A DNA stretch of 64,000 nucleotides from the human T2T-CHM13v2.0 reference genome, Homo sapiens. Of the stretch, positions 53,709-64,000 are shown in pieces. A program made the position numbers and the translations under genes. The DNA lies in the NCBI RefSeq assembly GCF_009914755.1, contig NC_060943.1. The stretch is one strand, 5' to 3'. The stretch's first letter is position 1; the number at the start of each line of letters is the position of its first letter. Under the pieces are notes generated by a model. That model worked only from the letters and a program-made list of their open reading frames with translations. It was not told the origin of the DNA and did no database searches.

Positions 53709-56700
53709 GAGTTGAACGATCCTTTACACAGAGCAGACTTGAAACACTCCTTTTGTGGAATTTGCAAGTGGAGATTTCAGCCGCTTTGAGGTCAATGGTA
53801 GAATAGGAAATATCTTCCTATAGAAACTAGACAGAATGATTCTGAGAAATCCTTTGTGATGTGTGCGTTCAACTCACAGAGTTTAACCTTTCTTTTCATA
53901 GAGCAGTTAGGAAACACTCTGTTTTTAAAGTCTTCAAGTGGATATTCAGACCTCCTTGAGGCCTTCGTTGGAAACGGGATTTCTTCATATTATGCTAGAC
54001 AGAGGAATTCTCAGGAACTTCCTTGTGTTGTGTGTATTCAACTCACAGAGTTGAACGATCCTTTACACAGAGCAGACTTGAAACACTCTTTTTGTGGAAT
54101 TTGCAAGTGGAGATTTCAGCCGCTTTGAGTTCAATGGTAGAATAGGAAATATCTTCCTATAGAAAGTACACAGAATGATTCTCAGAAACTGCTTTGTGAT
54201 GTGTGCGTTCAACTCACAGAGTTCAACCTTTCTTTTCATAGAGCAGTTGGGAAACACTCTGTTTGTAAAGTCTGCAAGTGGATATTCAGACTTCTTTGAG
54301 GCCTTCGTTGGAAGCGGGATTTCTTCATATTCTGCTAGACAGAAGAATTCTCAGTAACTTCCTTGTGTTGTGTGTATTCAACTCACAGAGTTGAACGATC
54401 CTTTACACAGAGCAGACTTGAAACACTCTTTTTGTGGAATTTGCAAGTGGAGATTTCAGCCGCTTTGAGGTCAATGGTAGAATAGGAAATATCTTCCTAT
54501 AGAAACTAGACAGAATGATTCTCAGAAACTCCTTTGTGATGTGTGCGTTCAACTCACAGAGTTCAACCTTTCTTTTCATAGAGCAGTTGGGAAACACTCT
54601 GTTTGTAAAGTCTGCAAGTGGATATTCAGACTTCTTTGAGGCCTTCGTTGGAAGCGGGATTTCTTCATGTTCTGCTAGACAGAAGAATTCTCAGAAACTT
54701 CCTTGTGTTGTGTGTTTTCAACTCACAGAGTTGAACGATCCTTTACACAGAGCAGACTTGAAACACTCCTTTTGTGGAATTTGCAAGTGGAGATTTCAGC
54801 CGCTTTGAGGTCAATGGTAGAATAGGAAATATCTTCCTATAGAAAGTAGACAGAATGATTCTCAGAAACTCCTTTGTGATGTGTGCGTTCAACTCACAGA
54901 GTTTAACCTTTCTTTTCATAGAGCAGTTAGGAAACACTCTGTTTGTAAAGTCTGCAAGTGGATATTCAGACCTCCTTGAGGCCTTCGTTGGAAACAGGAT
55001 TTCTTCATATTCTGCTAGACAGAAGAATTCTCAGTAACTTCCTTGTGTTGTGTGTATTCAACTCACAGAGTTGAACGATCCTTTACACAGAGCAGACTTG
55101 AAACACTCTTTTTGTGGAATTTGCAAGTGGAGATTTCAGCCGCTTTGAGTTCAATGGTAGAATAGGAAATATCTTCCTATAGAAACTAGACAGAATGATT
55201 CTCAGAAACTCCTTTGTGATGTGTGCGTTCAACTCACAGAGTTCAACCTTTCTTTTCATAGAGCAGTTGGGAAACACTCTGTTTGTAAAGTCTGCAAGTG
55301 GATATTCAGACTTCTTTGAGGCCTTCGTTGGAAGCGGGATTTCTTCATATTCTGCTAGACAGAAGAATTCTCAGTAACTGCCTTGTGTTGTGTGTATTCA
55401 ACTCACAGAGTTGAACGATCCTTTACACAGAGCAGACTTGAAACACTCTTTTTGTGGAATTTGCAAGTGGAGATTTCAGCCGCTTTGAGGTCAATGGTAG
55501 AATAGGAAATATCTTCCTATAGAAACTAGACAGAATGATTCTCAGAAACTCCTTTGTGATGTGTGCGTTCAACTCACAGAGTTCAACCTTTCTTTTCATA
55601 GAGCAGTTGGGAAACACTCTGTTTGTAAAGTCTGCAAGTGGATATTCAGACTTCTTTGAGGCCTTCGTTGGAAGCGGGATTTCTTCATATTCTTCTAGAC
55701 AGAAGAATTCTCAGTAACTGCCTTGTGTTGTGTGTATTCAACTCACAGAGTTGAACGATCCTTTACACAGAGCAGACTTGAAACACTCTTTTTGTGGAAT
55801 TTGCAAGTGGAGATTTCAGCCGCTTTGAGGTCAATGGTAGAATAGGAAATATCTTCCTATAGAAACTAGACAGAATGATTCTCAGAAACTCCTTTGTGAT
55901 GTGTGCGTTCAACTCACAGAGTTTAACCTTTCTTTTCATAGAGCAGTTAGGAAACACTCTGTTTGTAAAGTCTGCAAGTGGATATTCAGACATCCTTGAG
56001 GCTTTCGTTGGAAACGGGATTTCTTCATATTCTGCTAGAAAGAAGAATTCTCAGTAACTTCCTTGTGTTGTGTGTATTCAACTCACGGAGTTGAACGATC
56101 CTTTACACAGAGCAGACTTGAAACACTCTTTTTGTGGAATTTGCAAGTGGAGATTTCAGCCGCTTTGAGGTCAATGGTAGAATAGGAAATATCTTCCTAT
56201 AGAAACTAGACAGAATGATTCTCAGAAACTTCTTTGTGATGTGTGCGTTCAACTCACACAGTTTAACCTTTCTTTTCATAGAGCAGTTAGGAAACACTCT
56301 GTTTGTAAAGTCTGCAAGTGGATATTCAGACCTCCTTGAGGCCTTCGTTGGAAACGGGATTTCTTCATATTATGCTAGACAGAAGAATTCTCAGTAACTT
56401 CCTTGTGTTGTGTGTATTCAACTCACAGAGTTGAACGATCCTTTACACAGAGCAGACTTGAAACACTCTTTTTGTGGAATTTGCAAGTGGATATTTCAGC
56501 CGCTTTGAGTTCAATGGTAGAATAGGAAATATCTTCCTATAGAAACTAGACAGAATGATTCTCAGAAACTCCTTTGTGATGTGTGCGTTCAACTCACAGA
56601 GTTCAACCTTTCTTTTCATAGAGCAGTTGGGAAACACTCTGTTTGTAAAGTCTGCAAGTGTATATTCAGACTTCTTTGAGGCCTTCGTTGGAAGCGGGAT

Positions 56701-59700
56701 TTCTTCATGTTCTGCTAGACAGAAGAATTCTCAGAAACTTCCTTGTGTTGTGTGTTTTCAACTCACAGAGTTGAACGATCCTTTACACAGAGCAGACTTG
56801 AAACACTCCTTTTGTGGAATTTGCAAGTGGAGATTTCAGCCGCTTTGAGGTCAATGGTAGAATAGGAAATATCTTCCTATAGAAAGTAGACAGAATGATT
56901 CTCAGAAACTCCTTTGTGATGTGTGCGTTCAACTCACAGAGTTTAACCTTTCTTTTCATAGAGCAGTTAGGAAACACTCTGTTTGTAAAGTCTGCAAGTG
57001 GATATTCAGACCTCCTTGAGGCCTTCGTTGGAAGCGGGATTTCTTCATGTTCAGCTAGACAGAAGAATTCTCAGAAACTTCCTTGTGTTGTGTGTTTTCA
57101 ACTCACAGAGTTGAACGATCCTTTACACAGAGCAGACTTGAAACACTCCTTTTGTGGAATTTGCAAGTGGAGATTTCAGCCGCTTTGAGGTCAATGGTAG
57201 AATAGGAAATATCTTCCTATAGAAACTAGACAGAATGATTCTGAGAAATCCTTTGTGATGTGTGCGTTCAACTCACAGAGTTTAACCTTTCTTTTCATAG
57301 AGCAGTTAGTAAACACTCTGTTTTTAAAGTCTTCAAGTGGATATTCAGACCTCCTTGAGGCCTTCGTTGGAAACGGGATTTCTTCATATTATGCTAGACA
57401 GAGGAATTCTCAGGAACTTCCTTGTGTTGTGTGTATTCAACTCACAGAGTTGAACGATCCTTTACACAGAGCAGACTTGAAACACTCTTTTTGTGGAATT
57501 TGCAAGTGGAGATTTCAGCCGCTTTGAGTTCAAAGGTAGAATAGGAAATATCTTCCTATAGAAAGTACACAGAATGATTCTCAGAAACTGCTTTGTGATG
57601 TGTGCGTTCAACTCACAGAGTTCAACCTTTCTTTTCATAGAGCAGTTGGGAAACACTCTGTTTGTAAAGTCTGCAAGTGGATATTCAGACTTCTTTGAGG
57701 CCTTCGTTGGAAGCGGGATTTCTTCATATTCTGCTAGACAGAAGAATTCTCAGTAACTTCCTTGTGTTGTGTGTATTCAACTCACAGAGTTGAACGATCC
57801 TTTACACAGAGCAGACTTGAAACACTCTTTTTGTGGAATTTGCAAGTGGAGATTTCAGCCGCTTTGAGGTCAATGGTAGAATAGGAAATATCTTCCTATA
57901 GAAACTAGACAGAATGATTCTCAGAAACTCCTTTGTGATGTGTGCGTTCAACTCACAGAGTTCAACCTTTCTTTTCATAGAGCAGTTGGGAAACACTCTG
58001 TTTGTAAAGTCTGCAAGTGGATATTCAGACTTCTTTGAGGCTTTCGTTGGAAGCGGGATTTCTTCATGTTCTGCTAGACAGAAGAATTCTCAGAAACTTC
58101 CTTGTGTTGTGTGTTTTCAACTCACAGAGTTGAACGATCCTTTACACAGAGCAGACTTGAAACACTCCTTTTGTGGAATTTGCAAGTGGAGATTTCAGCC
58201 GCTTTGAGGTCAATGGTAGAATAGGAAATATCTTCCTATAGAAAGTAGACAGAATGATTCTCAGAAACTCCTTTGTGATGTGTGCGTTCAACTCACAGAG
58301 TTTAACCTTTCTTTTCATAGAGCAGTTAGGAAACACTCTGTTTGTAAAGTCTGCAAGTGGATATTCAGACCTCCTTGAGGCCTTCGTTGGAAACAGGATT
58401 TCTTCATATTCTGCTAGACAGAAGAATTCTCAGTAACTTCCTTGTGTTGTGTGCATTCAACTCACAGAGTTGAACGATCCTTTACACAGAGCAGACTTGA
58501 AACACTCTTTTTGTGGAATTTGCAAGTGGAGATTTCAGCCGCTTTGAGTTCAATGGTAGAATAGGAAATATCTTCCTATAGAAACTAGACAGAATGATTC
58601 TCAGAAACTCCTTTGTGATGTGTGCGTTCAACTCACAGAGTTCAACCTTTCTTTTCATAGAGCAGTTGGGAAACACTCTGTTTGTAAAGTCTGCAAGTGG
58701 ATATTCAGACTTCTTTGAGGCCTTCGTTGGAAGCGGGATTTCTTCATATTCTGCTAGACAGAAGAATTCTCAGTAACTGCCTTGTGTTGTGTGTATTCAA
58801 CTCACAGAGTTGAACGATCCTTTACACAGAGCAGACTTGAAACACTCTTTTTGTGGAATTTGCAAGTGGAGATTTCAGCCGCTTTGAGGTCAATGGTAGA
58901 ATAGGAAATATCTTCCTATAGAAACTAGACAGAATGATTCTCAGAAACTCCTTTGTGATGTGTGCGTTCAACTCACAGAGTTCAACCTTTCTTTTCATAG
59001 AGCAGTTGGGAAACACTCTGTTTGTAAAGTCTGCAAGTGGATATTCAGACTTCTTTGAGGCCTTCGTTGGAAGCGGGATTTCTTCATATTCTGCTAGACA
59101 GAAGAATTCTCAGTAACTGCCTTGTGTTGTGTGTATTCAACTCACAGAGTTGAACGATCCTTTACACAGAGCAGACTTGAAACACTCTTTTTGTGGAATT
59201 TGCAAGTGGAGATTTCAGCCGCTTTGAGGTCAATGGTAGAATAGGAAATATCTTCCTATAGAAACTAGACAGAATGATTCTCAGAAACTCCTTTGTGATG
59301 TGTGCGTTCAACTCACAGAGTTCAACCTTTCTTTTCATAGAGCAGTTGGGAAACACTCTGTTTGTAAAGTCTGCAAGTGGATATTCAGACTTCTTTGAGG
59401 CCTTCGTTGGAAGCGGGATTTCTTCATATTCTGCTAGACAGAAGAATTCTCAGTAACTGCCTTGTGTTGTGTGTATTCAACTCACAGAGTTGAACGATCC
59501 TTTACACAGAGCAGACTTGAAACACTCTTTTTGTGGAATTTGCAAGTGGAGATTTCAGCCGCTTTGAGGTCAATGGTAGAATAGGAAATATCTTCCTATA
59601 GAAACTAGACAGAATGATTCTCAGAAACTCCTTTGTGATGTGTGCGTTCAACTCACAGAGTTTAACCTTTCTTTTCATAGAGCAGTTAGGAAACACTCTG

Positions 59701-62700
59701 TTTGTAAAGTCTGCAAGTGGATATTCAGACATCCTTGAGGCTTTCGTTGGAAACGGGATTTCTTCATATTCTGCTAGAAAGAAGAATTCTCAGTAACTTC
59801 CTTGTGTTGTGTGTATTCAACTCACAGAGTTGAACGATCCTTTACACAGAGCAGACTTGAAACACTCTTTTTGTGGAATTTGCAAGTGGATATTTCAGCC
59901 GCTTTGAGTTCAATGGTAGAATAGGAAATATCTTCCTATAGAAACTAGACAGAATGATTCTCAGAAACTCCTTTGTGATGTGTGCGTTCAACTCACAGAG
60001 TTCAACCTTTCTTTTCATAGAGCAGTTGGGAAACACTCTGTTTGTAAAGTCTGCAAGTGGATATTCAGACTTCTTTGAGGCCTTCGTTGGAAGCGGGATT
60101 TCTTCATGTTCTGCTAGACAGAAGAATTCTCAGAAACTTCCTTGTGTTGTGTGTTTTCAACTCACAGAGTTGAACGATCCTTTACACAGAGCAGACTTGA
60201 AACACTCCTTTTGTGGAATTTGCAAGTGGAGATTTCAGCCGCTTTGAGGTCAATGGTAGAATAGGAAATATCTTCCTATAGAAAGTAGACAGAATGATTC
60301 TCAGAAACTCCTTTGTGATGTGTGCGTTCAACTCACAGAGTTTAACCTTTCTTTTCATAGAGCAGTTAGGAAACACTCTGTTTGTAAAGTCTGCAAGTGG
60401 ATATTCAGACCTCCTTGAGGCCTTCGTTGGAAGCGGGATTTCTTCATGTTCAGCTAGACAGAAGAATTCTCAGAAACTTCCTTGTGTTGTGTGTTTTCAA
60501 CTCACAGAGTTGAACGATCCTTTACACAGAGCAGACTTGAAACACTCCTTTTGTGGAATTTGCAAGTGGAGATTTCAGCCGCTTTGAGGTCAATGGTAGA
60601 ATAGGAAATATCTTCCTATAGAAACTAGACAGAATGATTCTGAGAAATCCTTTGTGATGTGTGCGTTCAACTCACAGAGTTCAACCTTTCTTTTCATAGA
60701 GCAGTTAGTAAACACTCTGTTTTTAAAGTCTTCAAGTGGATATTCAGACCTCCTTGAGGCCTTCGTTGGAAACGGGATTTCTTCATATTATGCTAGACAG
60801 AGGAATTCTCAGGAACTTCCTTGTGTTGTGTGTATTCAACTCACAGAGTTGAACGATCCTTTACACAGAGCAGACTTGAAACACACTTTTTGTGGAATTT
60901 GCAAGTGGAGATTTCAGCCGCTTTGAGTTCAAAGGTAGAATAGGAAATATCTTCCTATAGAAAGTACACAGAATGATTCTCAGAAACTGCTTTGTGATGT
61001 GTGCGTTCAACTCACAGTGTTCAACCTTTCTTTTCATAGAGCAGTTGGGAAACACTCTGTTTGTAAAGTCTGCAAGTGGATATTCAGACTTCTTTGAGGC
61101 CTTCGTTGGAAGCGGGATTTCTTCATATTCTGCTAGACAGAAGAATTCTCAGTAACTTCCTTGTGTTGTGTGTATTCAACTCACAGAGTTGAACGATCCT
61201 TTACACAGAGCAGACTTGAAACACTCTTTTTGTGGAATTTGCAAGTGGAGATTTCAGCCGCTTTGAGGTCAATGGTAGAATAGGAAATATCTTCCTATAG
61301 AAACTAGACAGAATGATTCTCAGAAACTCCTTTGTGATGTGTGCGTTCAACTCACAGAGTTCAACCTTTCTTTTCATAGAGCAGTTGGGAAACACTCTGT
61401 TTGTAAAGTCTGCAAGTGGATATTCAGACTTCTTTGAGGCCTTCGTTGGAAGCGGGATTTCTTCATGTTCTGCTAGACAGAAAAATTCTCAGAAACTTCC
61501 TTGTGTTGTGTGTTTTCAACTCACAGAGTTGAACGATCCTTTACACAGAGCAGACTTGAAACACTCCTTTTGTGGAATTTGCAAGTGGAGATTTCAGCCG
61601 CTTTGAGGTCAATGGTAGAATAGGAAATATCTTCCTATAGAAAGTAGACAGAATGATTCTCAGAAACTCCTTTGTGATGTGTGCGTTCAACTCACAGAGT
61701 TTAACCTTTCTTTTCATAGAGCAGTTAGGAAACACTCTGTTTGTAAAGTCTGCAAGTGGATATTCAGACCTCCTTGAGGCCTTCGTTGGAAACAGGATTT
61801 CTTCATATTCTGCTAGACAGAAGAATTCTCAGTAACTTCCTTGTGTTGTGTGCATTCAACTCACAGAGTTGAACGATCCTTTACACAGAGCAGACTTGAA
61901 ACACTCTTTTTGTGGAATTTGCAAGTGGAGATTTCAGCCGCTTTGAGTTCAATGGTAGAATAGGAAATATCTTCCTATAGAAACTAGACAGAATGATTCT
62001 CAGAAACTCCTTTGTGATGTGTGCGTTCAACTCACAGAGTTCAACCTTTCTTTTCATAGAGCAGTTGGGAAACACTCTGTTTGTAAAGTCTGCAAGTGGA
62101 TATTCAGACTTCTTTGAGGCCTTCGTTGGAAGCGTGATTTCTTCATATTCTGCTAGACAGAAGAATGCTCAGTAACTGCCTTGTGTTGTGTGTATTCAAC
62201 TCACAGAGTTGAACGATCCTTTACACAGAGCAGACTTGAAACACTCTTTTTGTGGAATTTGCAAGTGGAGATTTCAGCCGCTTTGAGGTCAATGGTAGAA
62301 TAGGAAATATCTTCCTATAGAAACTAGACAGAATGATTCTCAGAAACTCCTTTGTGATGTGTGCGTTCAACTCACAGAGTTCAACCTTTCTTTTCATAGA
62401 GCAGTTGGGAAACACTCTGTTTGTAAAGTCTGCAAGTGGATATTCAGACTTCTTTGAGGCCTTCGTTGGAAGCGGGATTTCTTCATATTCTGCTAGACAG
62501 AAGAATTCTCAGTAACTGCCTTGTGTTGTGTGTATTCAACTCACAGAGTTGAACGATCCTTTACACAGAGCAGACTTGAAACACTCTTTTTGTGGAATTT
62601 GCAAGTGGAGATTTCAGCCGCTTTGAGGTCAATGGTAGAATAGGAAATATCTTCCTATAGAAACTAGACAGAATGATTCTCAGAAACTCCTTTGTGATGT

Positions 62701-63225
62701 GTGCGTTCAACTCACAGAGTTTATCCTTTCTTTTCATAGAGCAGTTAGGAAACACTCTGTTTGTAAAGTCTGCAAGTGGATATTCAGACATCCTTGAGGC
62801 TTTCGTTGGAAACGGGATTTCTTCATATTCTGCTAGAAAGAAGAATTCTCAGTAACTTCCTTGTGTTGTGTGTATTCAACTCACAGAGTTGAACGATCCT
62901 TTACACAGAGCAGACTTGAAACACTCTTTTTGTGGAATTTGCAAGTGGAGATTTCAGCCGCTTTGAGGTCAATGGTAGAATAGGAAATATCTTCCTATAG
63001 AAACTAGACAGAATGATTCTCAGAAACTCCTTTGTGATGTGTGCGTTCAACTCACAGAGTTTAACCTTTCTTTTCATAGAGCAGTTGGGAAACACTCTGT
63101 TTGTAAAGTCTGCAAGTGGATATTCAGACATCCTTGAGGCTTTCGTTGGAAACGGGATTTCTTCATATTCTGCTAGAAAGAAGAATTCTCAGTAACTTCC
63201 TTGTGTTGTGTGTATTCAACTCACA
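53709..63225 (+). repeat. 10-dimer (3399-bp) unit in about three tandem copies (third incomplete)
   Basis: The TCTGAGAAAT deletion dimer occurs at ~53849/57248/60647 and the CAGG box at 54983/58382/61781, each exactly 3399 bp apart. Confidence 0.88.
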
Positions 63226-64000
63226 GAGTTGAACGATCCTTTACACAGAGCAGACTTGAAACACTCTTTTTGTGGAATTTGCAAGTGGAGATTTCAGCCG
63301 CTTTGAGTTCAATGGTAGAATAGGAAATATCTTCCTATAGAAAGTACACAGAATGATTCTCAGAAACTGCTTTGTGATGTGTGCGTTCAACTCACAGAGT
63401 TCAACCTTTCTTTTCATAGAGCAGTTGGGAAACACTCTGTTTGTAAAGTCTGCAAGTGGATATTCAGACTTCTTTGAGGCCTTCGTTGGAAGCGGGATTT
63501 CTTCATATTCTGCTAGACAGAAGAATTCTCAGTAACTTCCTTGTGTTGTGTGTATTCAACTCAAAGAGTTGAACGATCCTTTACACAGAGCAGACTTGAA
63601 ACACTCTTTTTGTGGAATTTGCAAGTGGAGATTTCAGCCGCTTTGAGGTCAATGGTAGAATAGGAAATATCTTCCTATAGAAACTAGACAGAATGATTCT
63701 CAGAAACTCCTTTGTGATGTGTGCGTTCAACTCACAGAGTTCAACCTTTCTTTTCATAGAGCAGTTGGGAAACACTCTGTTTGTAAAGTCTGCAAGTGGA
63801 TATTCAGACTTCTTTGAGGCCTTCGTTGGAAGCGGGATTTCTTCATGTTCTGCTAGACAGAAGAATTCTCAGAAACTTCCTTGTGTTGTGTGTTTTCAAC
63901 TCACAGAGTTGAACGATCCTTTACACAGAGCAGACTTGAAACACTCCTTTTGTGGAATTTGCAAGTGGAGATTTCAGCCGCTTTGAGGTCAATGGTAGAA

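Larger units (their letters stand above)
1..64000 (+). repeat. Centromeric alpha-satellite array, SF1-type 340-bp dimer (171+169 bp), about 188 head-to-tail copies; resembles human D1Z7/D5Z2/D19Z3 (S1C1/5/19H1L)
   Basis: The period is strictly 340 bp (occasionally 339) across the window: repeated pseudo-ORF starts run from 128 to 63693, i.e. 187 intervals. The two half-units are homologous (TTCTCAG..AACT, TTCAACTCACAGAGTT, GAAACACTC, TGCAAGTGGA). A CENP-B box occurs in every second monomer and there is one GAATTC per dimer. Alpha-satellite identity is essentially certain; the chr1/5/19 subfamily call is from recognition, not alignment. Confidence 0.98.

Noticed and set aside
16-63986. About 360 short ORFs (60-102 aa) on both strands (MILRNSFV..., MFPNCSMK..., MSEYPLAD...)
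   Set aside because: They are incidental open frames of the satellite unit. They overlap antisense, and their lengths flip with single SNVs (e.g. TAA/AAA/GAA at one site). They have no recognisable domain, and some start at GTG. Any database 'hypothetical proteins' resembling them would likely be human contamination.
1-64000. CRISPR array or diversity-generating cassette system
   Set aside because: There are no unique spacers, as the entire unit repeats. There are no cas, reverse transcriptase or recombinase genes, and the variation follows duplication history.
1-64000. Embedded L1/Alu insertion, inversion or non-alphoid island
   Set aside because: The 340/339-bp phase and orientation are continuous from end to end, and the length is fully accounted for by 15 one-base deletions.
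1-64000. Assignment to a specific chromosome or to the kinetochore (CENP-A/CDR) site
   Set aside because: The chr1, chr5 and chr19 arrays share this dimer, and kinetochore position is epigenetic. Neither can be read from the sequence without alignment and chromatin data.

Overview
The whole 64-kb window is one uninterrupted, single-orientation array of primate (most likely human) centromeric alpha-satellite DNA. It contains about 188 copies of a 340-bp dimer (171+169-bp monomers). Each dimer has one EcoRI site, a CENP-B box in one monomer and a pJalpha/A-box-like motif at the same position in the other. This is the classic suprachromosomal family 1 (SF1, J1/J2) EcoRI dimer, most like the live D1Z7/D5Z2/D19Z3 arrays of chr1/5/19; the chromosome cannot be assigned without alignment. 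I found no genes, RNA genes, transposons, inversions or CRISPR arrays. All listed ORFs are by-products of the repeat. I found no new protein-coding system. The non-trivial information lies in the variant pattern: nested tandem duplications of 1-21 dimers, a recurring 8-10-dimer super-module, 15 one-base deletions with no insertions, 14 of 188 CENP-B boxes with a broken core, a cluster of private mutations near inferred recombination junctions, and a transversion-rich, CpG-sparing variant spectrum. All counts were made by eye, and duplication boundaries are approximate.
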